The notes below the pieces were generated by a model, which made no database searches, was not told where the DNA came from, and saw nothing but the letters and a program-made list of their open reading frames with translations. Shown in pieces: positions 14,306 through 29,005 of a stretch of DNA of 64,000 bases (position 1 is the stretch's first letter; each line of letters begins with the position of its first letter). The DNA lies in contig OX597829.1 of assembly GCA_951406725.2 (NCBI GenBank), forward strand, positions 17,856,001 through 17,920,000, in the 5' to 3' direction. The stretch is from Octopus vulgaris. Lineage: Eukaryota. Made by a program: the position numbers and the translations under genes.

Positions 14306-14681
14306 TACATATACATACACACACACAATTGTGTGATTATACTTACATACCGTATATGCTTGCGTATGCACACACACACGCACATACATATATATGAAAA
14401 AAAAAACCAATAAACAAAGAATGTCTAAATAAAAAAGTTGCTGAGGAAGCCATTTTGATGGAAAACTTTTTTTCCTGCAAAGAAATTATTATAACTTCAG
14501 CATCTCCTCCCGAAACAGATTATGATATTTGTAAAAAGAAGTTGTAGACAAGAAATACACACACACGTCCACACACGCGCGCACGTATACACACACACAC
14601 ACACACACACAAACACACCTATATTCACACACACGCACAGACAAACCCGAAAGCATATGTTTGTCTATATATATATGTATG

Positions 14682-14720
<39 letters not shown>

Positions 14721-14775
14721 CTGTGTGTGTAATTTATATATGTGTGTGTGTGTGTATATGTGTGTGAGTGTGTGT

Positions 14776-14806
<31 letters not shown>

Positions 14807-15045
14807 GGAACAAAAATACATTGATTGAGGAAACAAAATGTAGACAGAAATTAAATATTCAAGAAAAATATTTATTTAAAAAAGTTTACGTTTTATCATT
14901 TAATTCCACCCTTCAAACAAAACGAAAAGCAAAATAGATAAAGCATATAAACATGCATATATATATATACATGTGTGCGTGTATGTGTGTGTGTATGTGT
15001 GTGTGTTTGTATATACACATATGCATATGAGTGTGAATTTGTATG

Positions 15046-15086
<41 letters not shown>

Positions 15087-15286
15087 GGTGGGTATCGAAA
15101 ACTAAAAATTTCGTTTTTATTGTATTTTTACAAGAAATATCAGTTCTCACTCCCCTATGTAGTTGAGTTTCTATAGATCCGAGAAATAAATATCATATAT
15201 ATGTGTGTATATATATGTATACATATACATATATATGCGTGTGTGTGTGTGTGTATGTATATACATATATATATATATATATATAA

Positions 15287-15328
<42 letters not shown>

Positions 15329-15646
15329 GCCGGTATCTATCTATGTATGGCTGGATGTATATGTGTATATATATCTATATAAGTATAACATGCATGTATA
15401 TTAAATGCATTATTTATACCTCTAAACGAAAAGAAAACACCGAACACAAAAAAAGGAATCAAAGTGAAAAGTAAGAAAATAAAATTAAAATCGTCGTTGG
15501 ATCCTTTTCTTGGCCACATGTGTTCCATGTAGGAAAAAATAACAGAAAAGAATTAACGGAAGAAAGGTCTTAAGTTTCTCAACAAATATTTTCTTTTGTT
15601 AATTGTTTAAAACTGCATTATCAAGAAACGCTTCACACTCACGAAT

Positions 15647-16191
15647 ACATACATACACATACATACATACATACATACACACACACATACATACATACAT
15701 ACACACACACATACATACATACCTGCATGCATGCATGCATGCATACATACGTACATACATACATACATACATACATGCATGCATACATACATACATACAT
15801 ACATACATACATACATACATACGTACATACATACATACATACATACATGAATACGTACATACATACATACATACATACATACATACATACGTACATACAT
15901 ACATACATACATACATGCATACGTACATACATACATACATACATACATACATACATACATACATACATACATACATACGTACATACATACATACATACAT
16001 ACATACATACATACATACATACATACATACATACATACATACGTACGTACATACATACATACATACATACATACATACATACATACATACATACATACAT
16101 ACATACATACATACATACATACATACATACATACATACATACATACATACACACATACATACATACATACATGCATGCATGCATGCATACA

Positions 16192-16225
<34 letters not shown>

Positions 16226-16262
16226 CATACATACATACATACATATATACATAGATACATAA

Positions 16263-16293
<31 letters not shown>

Positions 16294-16327
16294 CATACAT
16301 ACATACATATATACATACATACATAAA

Positions 16328-16361
<34 letters not shown>

Positions 16362-16400
16362 CATATATACATACATGCATGCATACATACATACATACGG
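15647..16400. repeat. Long (TACA)n tetranucleotide microsatellite
   Basis: Direct reading; source of the MYVC/HTYI ORFs. Confidence 0.95.
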
Positions 16401-17170
16401 GTATGCGTACATTTACATATATATATAAAACATATAACACCCTAATAGAATTTATATATATACACATACATTCTTATGTACTCATATATAAACACATGTA
16501 TATACATATATACGTATATACATACACATACATATTGATATCTCTCTATATATGTATATATATATATAAACATATATGTACATATATATGTATATAAATA
16601 TATATAGATACACACACACAAATATATATATACACACACACACGTATATATATATACACACACATACAAACACACACACACACATATATATACGCTGGTG
16701 TGTGTGCGTGTTTGTGGGGGAGGGTGGCAGTGTGTGTACCAGTATGTGTAAATAGGTACGCGTATTTATATCACTGTGCGTTTGGTAGGTACAAGTTCCC
16801 AGAAGACATCGGGCTTTAATGCGATTTTTGTGTGTGATAAAATATATCTATATGAATAGCAGCACGGTCCGTGTCGAAGTTTTGCACATATGCCACCGTG
16901 CTCTTATACCCGTATGAATATATGTGTGTGTATGTATGTATGTGCATGTGCGTGCGCATGTGCGTTTGTGTATGTGTGTAGTGTTTCAAATCTAAAAGAC
17001 ACGGTAATGATACCCCATGGGTCTTGGAGGATATACATGTGTCTTTATTACCAAGACTTTACGAAGAAAAAAGTAAAACAATTTATAAACAAAGAAAAAG
17101 AAAGAGAAAAGAAAACAAGAAAAGAAATAGTTACAGCACTGATTTACATGCATTATTTAATTACAGCTTA

Positions 17171-18035
17171 AGGCTTTGAGCTGGCAGAAACGTTAGCGCG
17201 CCGGGCGAAATGCTTAGCGGTATTTCGTCTGTCGTTACGTTGTGAATTCAAATTCCACCGAGGTCGACTTTGCCTTTCATCCTTTCGGGGTCGATAAATT
17301 AAGTACCAGTTAAGCATGGGGTCGATGTAATTGACTTAATTCGTTTGTCTGTCCTTGTTTGTCCCCCCTATGTTTAGCCACTTGTGGCCAATTAAGAAAT
17401 AAGAATCGTTAGCACGCCGGGCAAAATTCGTAGCCGTATTTCGTCTGCCGTTACGTTCTGAGTTCAAATTCCGCCGAGGTTGACTTTGCCTTTCATCCTT
17501 TCGGGGTCGATAAATTAAGTACCAGTTACGCATGGGGTCGATGTAATCGACTTAATCCGTTTGTCTGTCCTTGTTTGTCCCCTCTATGTTTAGCCACTTG
17601 TGGCCAATTAAGAAATAAGAATCGTTAGCACGCCGGGCAAAATTCGTAGCCGTATTTCGTCTGCCGTTACGTTCTGAGTTCAAATTCCGCCGAGGTTGAC
17701 TTTGCCTTTCATCCTTTCGGGGTCGATAAATAAAGTACCAGTTATGCATGGGGTCGATATAATCGACTCAATCCGTTTGTCTGTCCTTATTTGTCCCCTC
17801 TATGTTTAGCCCCTTGTGGGTAGTAAAGAATTTAGAATCGTTAGCACGCCGAGCAGAATGTTTTGCTGCATTTCGTCCGTCACTACGTTCTGGGTTCAAA
17901 TTCCCCCGAACTCGACTTTGCCTTTTATCTTTTAGGGATCGATAAAAATAAATATCAAAGAATTGGCTTCCATCTAATGGACAAGAACCCTCCATCCCCA
18001 CTTATCCCCCTAATTGAGGCCTTTCGCCTACAGAA
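17171..18035 (+). mobile_element. SINE family B tandem array (216-bp period, three young units plus one diverged terminal unit)
   Basis: Homologous ORFs begin at 17336, 17552 and 17768; tail-to-AATCGTTAGCACG junctions at ~17400, ~17616 and ~17832. Confidence 0.9.
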
Positions 18036-18060
18036 GATGGGGTCAATTAGATTACGGTTT

Positions 18061-18265
18061 AAGGCAGCGAGCTGGCAGAATCGTTAACGCGTTGGACAGT
18101 TTTTCTACCAGCTCTTTACATTCTGAGTTCAAATGCTTTCGAAGTCCACTTTGCCTTTCATCTTTCCAGAGTTGATCAAATAAGTACCAGTCGGTGTAAC
18201 AGTCTTGTCCTCCCACCACCTCAATATAAAAATTTCAAGCTTTGTGCCTATAATAGAAAGAACTA
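18061..18265 (+). mobile_element. Old SINE B-type copy
   Basis: AAGGCAGCGAGCTGGCAGAATCGTT...TGAGTTCAAAT...TTTGCCTTTCATC...TTTGTGCCTATAATAGAAAG. Confidence 0.8.
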
Positions 18266-18544
18266 TTTAGTTGCGTGGTGCTTCAATTTTTGAATTCAAG
18301 TACCGTCGAAACCAATTTTGCTTTCAGTCACTCCTGTATCATCCACCTAAAGTACTAACCAAGTACTAGGGTCGATGTAATCGATTAGCCACGTGCCTCA
18401 AAATGGCTGCTCTTGTACTTATGTTAGAAACAAAAGCAGAAAATACTTACCAGTACTTCTTCCAATTCTTTATGGTCTGTGTTCATATGCCTCCGAAATC
18501 GACTTTGCATTTCTTCCTTCCAGAGTCGATAAAACAATGGACCC

Positions 18545-18860
18545 TAACCTGTAACCTTAGATATCCACGCTTTTTCGGTAGCCTTCAAAATGCTTAGAAC
18601 CCTCGCTGATTATCCTTGCTGTCCCTAAAAGACAAACATTTTATAAGAGCTCTTTCGGGAATTCTATTCCAATCCCCACCAGCCATTTGTCTATATCTTT
18701 GCTTACTGTTCCCAACGCACCAATCATTATAGGCATGACCTTTACAGCTTTCCTACTCCAAATTTTTCCTGTTTCAAATTTTAAGGGGTAATATTTTGTG
18801 TTTGTTTTTCTTTCTTTACGATCCTGGTGTTGGAAACATGTTATTGGGCGGTAATACTTT
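18545..18860 (-). mobile_element. R4/Dong-clade RLE 3' fragment, degenerate; may extend to ~19400
   Basis: Minus frames: KVMPIMIGALGTVSKDIDKWL..IGIEFPKELL..VCLLGTARII. Confidence 0.75.
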
Positions 18861-20058
18861 GCTTTTTGTGTCTTCGGCTTTTGGTAATAAGTAAGCTGTT
18901 CCTTTAGTCAGCCAAGGATTCGATCTAGTCTTGGGTTTTCCATTTGTGAGACTTTCTAAAATACACCTTAGCTCTCCTATTCCTATTGCTTCCCACTTCT
19001 GTCTTCAAATTCATTCAGTCTCACTTTCTCACGTTCTACCAATCAGCTTCAGCATTAGATTCTTTTTCGTTGCACCATATCTTCTTCCAGAACTCTTCCA
19101 TTTCTTCCATCTTAGGTGGCTCCTTTATTTCTAACTTACTATTACCAATTTCCCTATAAAATTTCTTAGCACCCTCTCTAGTTCATTTTATGCGTTTTCC
19201 CTTAGGTGGTGTTTTTTATGGCGTCACTACAGGCCTAGGTTAGGATTATCCTGGTTCTGGTTACCTGGTGGATCATCTTTTTGAGAGTTTGTTCCAGCAG
19301 CAGACTCTTCAACCTCAGTCTAGTTCCTCCATATTGGGTAACATGGCCCTTGTTGCCGGGTGACGACCGATCCGGCGTAGATTTTGGCTTGTAGTCACGA
19401 AACCATTGACGGTAAAATTACGAGACGGGTCTGTTTGTACAGAGTTAAATTTTTGATAGGACACAGCTTCCGAGTTCTTCGAATTGATATATTTCTCATA
19501 TCGTATTATATTTTTATTTTATTTTCTTTCCTTATTTTTCTTTTGGCTTTTGGTAGATATATTTCCGGGCATATCATTTTAGTGATGTTTTAAACTCAGT
19601 GACTATTTTGCTCCCCTTTTTTTTGTGTTCGTTAGCGGGAAATCACTTTGTTTTTGTTTTGTCTTGCTTCGCTCGTGACACGTGTTTGTTTTTGTATATG
19701 TACGCGTGTGTGAGTTGTGTAGGCATTATTTATGTTGCTTGTAACTGTTAAAATGTGTACATGCTTGCATAACCAGTTGCATGAATACGTATTAAATTAA
19801 TTTACGTATTGTGTATTCGGCTTGTTTTTCCCAGAATTCCTGATGTTAATTACTATTTTTGCACATGTCACATTAAGATATCGTGCATAGAAGAAAGAAA
19901 CTATACTTTGCACAGCAATAAACTTTCGGGGTTTTTTTCTTTTTACTTTGCTTTAAAAGAAGTTTTCCCGTAGATGTATTGCAATTTTTTCTTTCCATTG
20001 CACCGATGTTGTTGGATTGAATTCGTTTTGTAGAGAGATCTCCTCTATTATTATCATT

Positions 20059-20171
<113 letters not shown>

Positions 20172-20182
20172 CATTATTATTA

Positions 20183-20360
20183 TCTATTCACCACAGGTTT
20201 TCTTGGAGCTCCTGGAGTCTTACATGCGCAGCGGGCTTGCTACCTGCAGCCTTCGATACCATGCAATTCATTCGTTTCAGCTATCTAATACTTTCTTGGT
20301 TATTCTGACTGTGCCAAGGAGCAAACCTTTTGTAACAGTTCTACTGGGCACTCTTCCAGC
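20183..20360 (-). mobile_element. R4/Dong-clade extreme 3' end running into (TAA)n
   Basis: Minus strand ECPVELLQK / LLGTVRITKKVLDS*, then 3' UTR ending at the (ATT)n tract 20046-20182. Confidence 0.75.
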
Positions 20361-20479
20361 TAATAATAACTCACAAAATATGTATGGCTGTGCCCTGAAT
20401 GTTGAAAACCACTTCTCAATGATGCATGCTCTTGTTATTGTTGTTGTTGCTGCTGTTGCTATTGCTGTTGAGCGAACGG

Positions 20480-20836
20480 TCTTCGTCCCAGAGCTCGCAA
20501 GATGGGAGAAGTCCAAAACGTGGTCCTTTGCTATTCGTAAGACCCGCAGAAGAGAAAGCAGGTCAACCCCCGACACCGAGAGCATCGACGGATGGATTAA
20601 TGCGCATCCAGGCTCAGCGGTTGCGTAGGAAGTCGGGGACAAGAAACAGGAAGAAAGAGTGAGAGAAAGTTGGAGCGAAAGAGTGCAACAGGGGTCGCCA
20701 CCACCCCCTGCCGGAACCTCGTGGAGCTTTAGGTGTTTTCGCTCAATAAACACACACGACGCCCGGTCTGGGAATCGAAACCGCGATCCTCCGACCGCGA
20801 GTCCGCTGCCCTAATCACTGGGCCATTGCGCCTCCA
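20480..20836 (-). mobile_element. SINE family C, tRNA-derived
   Basis: Minus: GGCGCAATGGCCCAGTG(A)TTAGGGCAGCGGACTCGCGGTCGGAGGATCGCGGTTTCGATTCCCAGACCGGGC with A and B boxes. Confidence 0.85.
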
Positions 20837-21286
20837 CTGCTACTGCTTTTGTTGTTGCTTATGTTGTTTAGTATCATCTTAATACTGACCAAGCCTTCAA
20901 AAGCATTCTACCTGCTCAAATAATTTCTACCTATTACCATCATTTTTTTTTTTCATTGATATCAATGACTTACAAGATCTAATGCAGAATTTCCATATTT
21001 AATGTAGCAAATTACGATTTGAGGGAGATTCAGGCTGCTATTTCTCGCAGGTCGAGTAACCAGGTAAAGGCTTCTTGATGACTTGGATCGTTGTTAGTGT
21101 AAAGTTTACTGAACATTCATGCAGTGGTCGTCTACGAATATTGTCTCACAGCTTTTAAGCATATACACGATGCCTTGTTTATGCAATGTGACTAAGACTG
21201 CAGTGTGTCGTTATTTTTGCTCTTTAACTTTGTCTCTTTTGCTCCAGCATACTTATTATAATTAGAGACTTACTAACTGTGAGTGA

Positions 21287-21628
21287 AGGCGCATGGCTCA
21301 GTGGTTAGAGCGTAGAGCTTACGATTGTGAGGTTGTGAGTTCGATTCCCGGACCGGGCTGTGTGTTGAGCAACACGTTGCTCCAGTTAACTCAGCTTTAT
21401 TTCACGGTGCTCCAGTTCAGTCAGCTGTAGAAATGAGTTGCGACGTCACGAGTGCCAAGCTGTATCAGCCTTTGCCTTTCCCTTGGATAACATCAGAGGT
21501 GTGGAGAGGAGAGGCCGGTATGCATGGGTGACTGCTGGTCTTCCATAAACAACCTTGCCCTGACTTGTGCCTGGGAGGGTAACTTTCTAGGTGCAATCTC
21601 ATGGTCATTCATGACCAAAGGGGGTCTC
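21287..21628 (+). mobile_element. SINE family D, tRNA-derived
   Basis: A box TGGCTCAGTGG and B box GTTCGATTCC; GTTGCTCCAGTT..CTCAGCTGTAGAAATG body; diverged relatives on minus at ~26340-26520 and ~33985-34100. Confidence 0.8.
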
Positions 21629-21931
21629 CTTCTCCTACGAATGGTAACCATCTCGTCTCGTTTCCTTTTTCTTTGTTCTTTTAAGCAAATTCTTAAAGCA
21701 AAATTTATTTATGAGTAAGTTATCCAACGTATCCTTCCTATTTTAGCCTATCGGGCGGCTACATAATAGCTCTTCCATTTGTTCGTTGAATACTAAGAGA
21801 AATTAACATCAATATAAAAAAATATCGTAAAGAAAACGAAAGTAAAACACGATAAACAAAGGTGAGAAAATCAAGCTTCGAATAAGAGCACGAAAGAATA
21901 TTAAAAGAGAAATTAATGTGAAAATCTTCAC

Positions 21932-21977
<46 letters not shown>

Positions 21978-23039
21978 GAGGAGAGAAAGTAAGAAGAATG
22001 AAAGTAAGGAAGAAAGAAAGAATGAAGGAATGAGAAAGATTGATGGAAATTCGTGAAATAGAAAAAGGTAGCGGCCATTACTCATTTACGTCGTTTAAGC
22101 ATTAGTTTGACATTTTGTTTATATTTAAGATAAACATCACAAAAATGGAACAAGTGAAACTAAAGAAACAAATATGAGGTAATTCGAGAGACATTGTTGA
22201 GGCGGTGTGGGGAGAGGGGGTTACCTTTCTTCTTTTTATTTCTCTTCGTTCTTCTTCATTGCCTTTTGTGTGAGCTGTTAATTTATTTTTTATTTTTTTA
22301 TTTTTTTTTTATTTTTTACCTCTATTTTATTTTTGTTTCGTTTTTTTTTTTACTTTCTTTTTGTTGTTATTTTGACTTAATGTAATGCTACATTTGAAAT
22401 AAGATCCCTTAAAGAATCTTTTCTTCTGATACTATATTGCCGACCCTGGGGGCAAGGTGTCGTGACAACGTAATCTTGTTACCTATCTTCTCCCACACCC
22501 ACTTCCTCCCGTCCCCAGTCCAGCCCAAAAGAAAATATTAACATTTGATGTTGTTTTATGAACGTATAGAATATCACTGTTGTTTTTTTGCCTGCGAAGG
22601 TGCTACCGTTCATTATCATACTGTAGCTTACGCGCACCTTAGACAACATGTGTCTGAATGTGTGTGTGTTTGTGTGTGTGTAGGTAGGTAGGTAGGTAGG
22701 TAGGTAGGTAGGTAGGTAGGTAGGTAGGTAGGCAGGTATGTATGTATACATATATATTTTACTCCCCAATCAAAAAAAAGCGAAGGCTTGATGGTCATAG
22801 CAGGCGTCTTAACCCGCTGTGCCACTGTGGTCCAACTTTCAAGTCTAAAATACTGAGATCAGATTACGCGGATTGACTCTCATCTTAAAACTACTAAACT
22901 AATTGGTGAGTCAAGCTTCAGTTTATATTGCCAAATGAATTTGTACCATTCTTGCACGTGATCTTCGCACACGAAGATACTGCCATAACATACATACATA
23001 CTTAGGTACATATACATATATACATATATAAATGCATAC

Positions 23040-23133
<94 letters not shown>

Positions 23134-23338
23134 GTGTGTGTTAGAAAATGTCTAAGATCCTTGGTACAGTTAGATATATTTGAAAAAAGAGAAATAATAA
23201 CTTCCCTGGTAGTTCCAATCAGTTTAACTTATATTATTAAAAAATTAAAAAATAATAAATTAAACTGATTGGTACTACAAAAGAATGAAAGAGACCGCGA
23301 TATTATGTAAATAGAGGAATTTATCTGTAAACATAATA

Positions 23339-23925
23339 TGTAACAGATATTCGGTAGCCATGATAAAACTCCGAGCTTCGGATGTCGGGACGGAAACCCA
23401 CGCCGCCATCTCTTTGGTTATCCGGCCATCGAAAGAATGCTATCAAAATGAGCGTTAAACAAAGGGAAATTACTGTGTGATTGACCGTTATTAAGACAAA
23501 AGAGCTATTTGAATGACCGCTAAGTGAAGGGAGGGAGTAAAAATGTTCATAGTATTCGCGTAAGCACGCATATCCACACCTACACAAGCGCGTCCGCACA
23601 CCAACGTACATGCGCCTATAAGTATATACTCATCCACTCTCACTTGAAACATACACATGATCACCCACACATTCGCATGTACATGGGCGTGGGGGCGCGC
23701 ATGCGTAGGAATGGATATGCGCGCTTACGCGAATACTATGAACATTTTTACTCCCTTCCCTCACTTAGCGGTCATTCTAATAGCTCTTTTGTCTTAATAA
23801 CGGTTAATAACGGTCATTTTCATAGCTTCTTTCCGATGGCCGGATAACTGAAAAGATGGAGGCGTGGTTTTTCGCCCGGCATCCGAAACTCGGAGTTTTA
23901 TAATGGCTACCGAATAATTGTCACG
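23339..23925. mobile_element. Fold-back / MITE-like element with ~250-bp inverted arms and ~59-bp spacer
   Basis: 23339-23614 is the reverse complement of 23674-23925; the peptide LREYYEHFYSLPSLSGHSNSSFVLITVN appears in ORFs on both strands; termini TGTAACA...TGTCACG. Confidence 0.85.
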
Positions 23926-23952
23926 TTATATATATATATATTATATATATAT

Positions 23953-24032
<80 letters not shown>

Positions 24033-24638
24033 GATTCTGGAGAGAAAATGGCAGTCACCATGTTGGATTGGTTTAACCTGTAAGCACCACGTTTAGTTGG
24101 GTTAATATACTGGTTGCAGGCTGAAGTCATCCAGTGAGATATTTAGGCTGTGCGCACACAGAAAAATACACCTCGGACTATGTAAAATCCCAGGACATCG
24201 GAATTTTGGGGGAAAACAATTGGGGTCTATTTTGAGAACTGTTCCCCACTCGCGTGTGTTTCTGAACGAGTCGTCCATATTTGTTTCATTTTCTCCGTTT
24301 TGTGCGGTGGGACAGAAATCTGTAGTTACGCTGAAGAACAATACATGCGCGCAGTAGGAACATGTCTATACGCCAGCCGAAGAAATTATAAGATAAATAT
24401 TATAAGATAAATATATATATTTAATAATTTAATATAATTTTAATAATTCCTTCTGGAAACTATCTTTAACATGTTCTTGAGAATGATTATTTATGTAGTA
24501 ATCTTTTGTGCCCAATATTTTAAGGAACTTGTTAAACTTTTTTATATCCTTAACATGTCCTTGTTACCAAAAAGACTGTATATATGTAATGTAGCATTTT
24601 ATAACAACCAATAATTAACGCAACCAAACTTCTACATG

Positions 24639-24683
24639 TTACTTTTGACAATCTTTTTCCAAAGAGTGAAACCGGTAAAGTAA
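24639..24683 (+). ncRNA. Hammerhead fold, U3-A8 variant
   Basis: UUACUU-UUGACAA-UCUUU UUCC AAAGA GU-GAAA-CCG-GUA-AAGUAA; perfect 6-bp stem I, palindromic ACCGGU; base of stem II imperfect. Confidence 0.6.
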
Positions 24684-26683
24684 ATAAATATCTTTTAAAA
24701 TTGCATTTTCAAACCTTCTTTCGTATATAATTCCACTCGTGCAGTTTTTCATAGTAATTTCTATGTGACTAAAAAATTTAAAATTTCGTATACTGGTAGA
24801 ATGTGTTTATAAAACATCTTTTTCTCTTGGCTTTCTTGACAAAATTCTGTGGTTTGTAAGCTATTTGGTCTTTAATTTCTTGCATTTCGGCAATTTCGAC
24901 CAATCAATGACGTCTATTGAGGTGAAAACAATTTCTCCGGAGCGTTGTCAACAACAATAATTTCCGGTGTCTTATGAAATTAGAAACAGCAGAACAAAAA
25001 ACAAAAAGTTCAACACGATTTCTGCACAAAACACACACAAACACTCCTAAAGGTTATATTTCTTGGCTCCTAGATTCACTCAGTGACGCTAAGCGGAAGC
25101 GAATTGATTTAACTAAACTAGGCTTAAGAAAACTAGACATCAGTTAAGACTACAATTACATATCACCATCGTTCTTTGTAGTTATAGTTGCTGGTTTTTA
25201 TCGTTGTGGTAAGTGGTGTTGTTGTTGCTGCTGCTATTGTTGTTGTTGTTGTTGTTGTTGTTGTTTGTGATGCTGTTGTTGTTTGTCTTGTTGTTGACAT
25301 CATTGTTATCGTTGTCGTAATCGGTTGGTGTTACCGATGTTGTTGTATAATCATTGCTTTTGATGTTATGATCGTTACTGTTGTTGTAACTGGTTCTTTG
25401 TTGCCGTTGTTGTTGCTATTGCTGTTGTGGTGGTGATTGAGGAGGTGGGGTGGAGGTGTGGTGGTGGTGGGGTGGTGGTGGGGTGGGGGTGATGGTGGTG
25501 GTGGTCGGTGCTTCTTATGCTGTTGTTGCAGGCAATGAGGTCGTCGAAAAAAAACCCTAGTGGGGGTGGTTATGATGGCGGTGATGATGATGGTGGCGGC
25601 GGCGGCGGCGGCGGTGGTGGTAGAGGTGGTGGTGGTGATCGCGTCTGAAAAAATACCCTGCATTATTTGTTTCAGTTCCTTACGTTTTACGTTTCGAGTG
25701 ACACCGGGGTTCATGACTGCCTCTCATCCTTCTAGAATCAATAAAGACACAAATTAGGTACTGGCGACGGTGGTGGGTCGATAGTATCGATTAGCAACAC
25801 TACGCTAAGTATCGCTGGCATTGTGCCTAAAGGATACCAAAAAAAAGGGATATAGCCCCTTCATGAGTCGTAGAGACTCGCAGGACCGGTTTCCCAGATT
25901 TCCTGTTATATATATATAGGAAGAATTCGCAAAAAACAAAAGATGAAGACAGGTGGTATAGACAACAAATAGAAGTTTTACCAAGGACTATTATTGAACT
26001 CTAAAAGCATAAAGACTCTACAATGTATTGGTATACTTATTTATTATTTGTATATATGTATTACTATTTTTTTGAAAAAACATTGTAAATTTCTTTTTCC
26101 CCTTCCTCAATTTTTTTTTCTCCTTCCAAATCTTGAAAATTTGCCTTGCAATTAAAGCCGGTTTGATTTATTATTTTTTCTTTTTTAATTTTTCATACAC
26201 CCATTTTTTATTAGAATTTACTTTCAATTTAGCATTCTGCCTTATTATAATTTTTCCTCTCCTTTACACACACACACACACACACGCACACACACACACA
26301 CACACACACACGCATATATATATATATATATATATATAATCCCCCACTGGGCGGGACGCAGGTCAGTGGCATGGTTACGCATTTATGGCTGAGTTGTCTG
26401 GAGCAACGTCTAATGAAATACTTTGTTTAAGAACACAACATATCGACTGGTTCAGGTTTCGAAACCATGTTCTTATGATCAGAAGTTTTACACCCTAACA
26501 ACTGAATAATGCCCTTCCATTGGTGCCTAAATCAGAAGCAATTATTATTGTTTTTGTTTTGTCTTGTTTTGTTTTGTTTTTTGCTATCGTTATTTTTGTC
26601 GCTGCTGTTGGAAGTCAGCTAACTCGTGGTCAAATACGAACCAGTCTTGAACAGCCTGGGGTTAAAGTAAGGCATAGATAATA

Positions 26684-26848
26684 GGCGCAGGAGTGGCTGT
26701 GTGGTAAGTAGCTTGCTTACCAACCACAGGGTTCCGGGTTCAGCTCCACCGTGTGGCATCTTGGGAAAGTGTCTTCTACTATAGCCTCGGGCCGACCAAA
26801 GCCTTGTGAGTGGATTTGGTAGACGGAAACTGAAAGAAGCCCGTCGTA

Positions 26849-26945
<97 letters not shown>

Positions 26946-27133
26946 TTGTGTGTCTGTGATTGTCCCCCCAACATCGCTTGACAACCGATGCTGGTGTGTT
27001 TACGTCCCCGTAACATAGCGGTTCGGCAAAAGAGACCGATAGAATAAGCACTAGGCTTACAAAGAATAAGTCCTGGGTTCAATTTGGTCGACTAAAGGTG
27101 GTGCTCCAGCATGGCCGCAGTCAAATGACTGAA
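26684..27133 (+). mobile_element. SINE family A, full length, with expanded internal (TA)n(TG)n
   Basis: Colinear with 8250-8670. Confidence 0.9.
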
Positions 27134-27459
27134 GCTTATTATTCATTGTCATTTTATATTAAAGCAGCAGGACTGGGGGAAAACGACGAGGCTTCAACTG
27201 TTGTTTCTAGTAGGTTGAAAGAGCATGTGAAAGTACTCATGTCGTCCTGGTTATTGTTGATGATGATGATGATGACGATGAAGTAATGGTGGATGAAGAG
27301 GAGAGAAGGTAGAAAGGAGGACGAAGTGGAGAAAAAGAGATTACATGGTGAGGAAGACAGGAGGAAGAAGGGGAAGGAAAGCTGGAGGAGGCGGAGAGAA
27401 GAGGAGGGAATAGAAGCAGATGTCCATGCTATCTGTTGTTGTTTGCTATTGCTGATGAC

Positions 27460-28095
27460 GATGACGGTGGTGGTGGTGGTGGTGGTGGTGGTGGTGGTGG
27501 TGGTGGTTGCAGTAGTAGTGGTGGTGGTGCTGCTGATGATGGTGGTGGTGGCAGTGGTGCTAGTAGTGGAGGTGGCGGTAGTGCTGGTGACTATGCTGCT
27601 GATGACGTTGGTGATGGTGGTGTTGGTGGTGGTGGATGGTAGTGGTAGTGGTGGTGGTGGTGGTAGTGGTAGTGGTGGTGGTGGTGGTGGTGGTGGTGGT
27701 GGTGGTGGTGGTGGTGGTGGTGGTGATGGTGATGGTGGTGGTGGTGGTGGTGGTGGTGGTGGTGGTGGTGGTGGTGGTGGTGGTGGTGGGGTGGTGGTGG
27801 TGGTGGTGGTGGTGGTGGTGGTGGTGGTGGTGATGGTGGTGGTGGTGGTGGTGGTGGTGGTGGTGGTGGTGGTGGTGGTGGTGGTGGTGGTGGTGGTGGT
27901 GGTGGTGGTGGTGGTGGTGGTGGTGGTGGTGGTGGTGGTGGTGGTGGTGGTGGTGGTGGTGGTGGTGGTGCTGATACTGGTGGTGGTGGTGGTGGTGTTG
28001 ATGGTAGCGGTGGTGGTGGTGATGGTGATGGTGGCGGTGGTGGTGGTGGTGGTGGTATTGGTGATGGTGATGGTGATGGTGATGGTGATGGTGAC
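27460..28095. repeat. (GGT)n microsatellite
   Basis: Direct reading. Confidence 0.95.
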
Positions 28096-28499
28096 GGGAT
28101 TTTTTTTATCCTCAGTTCAGTAATTCTTGAGCAAACCTATGATTAAATACATTCCAGTTGTAACCATCCTGACTTTTATTCAAATAGTGTCCATATAAAA
28201 TTACATGCGCCAACGGATGATATTTTATTCAAGATTTTTTTTTGTTTGTTTCTTTTTTGCCTTCTTCTTCTTCTTTTTGACACACAAAGTACGATGATTT
28301 TGAAAGAAGGATATTTGGTTGCTATATCTAACAAATCAACCGACCGCATATTGGCCTCCAGATTGACTCGTATTACATATTTCTTCTCAAAGTAGAGTGA
28401 CTTCTGACACGTTTGCTACGGAAACACAACGAAACACTTGTAGCGAACATAAATTTATGTTTTACATAACCTGGTATCACCTTGTCTTTTATGTTACAC

Positions 28500-28549
28500 A
28501 CACATACACTCACACACACGCATACATACAAACTTACATACACACATAC

Positions 28550-28580
<31 letters not shown>

Positions 28581-28586
28581 CATACA

Positions 28587-28620
<34 letters not shown>

Positions 28621-29005
28621 CATACATACATACATAAATACATACATACATACATACATACATACTTACATGCATTCATACATGCATACATACATACATA
28701 CATACATACATTACATACATACATACATACATAAATACACACATACATACATACATACATACATACATACATACATACATAAATACATACATACATACAT
28801 ACCTAAATACATACATACATACATACACACATAAATACATACATACATACATACATACATACATACATACATACATACATACTTACATGCATTCATACAT
28901 GCATACATACATACATACACACATACATACATACATACATACATACATACATACATACATACATACATACACACATACATACATACATACATACATACAT
29001 ACATA
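28500..29005. repeat. (TACA)n microsatellite
   Basis: Direct reading. Confidence 0.95.

Noticed and set aside
15599-16597. Long MYVC/HTYI ORFs (also at 28.4, 44.2 and 59.9 kb)
   Set aside because: Translation of (TACA)n microsatellite
17171-18035. Regularly spaced repeats resembling a CRISPR array
   Set aside because: Whole 216-bp units repeat with no unique spacers; eukaryotic SINE array
20760-21360. tRNA-like sequences with A and B boxes
   Set aside because: Heads of SINEs C and D: acceptor stems do not pair and they continue into SINE bodies
24030-24385. Unique-looking stretch with a 79-aa minus-strand ORF upstream of the 24639 hammerhead
   Set aside because: Stops in all plus frames and no recognisable motif; probably an unclassified repeat
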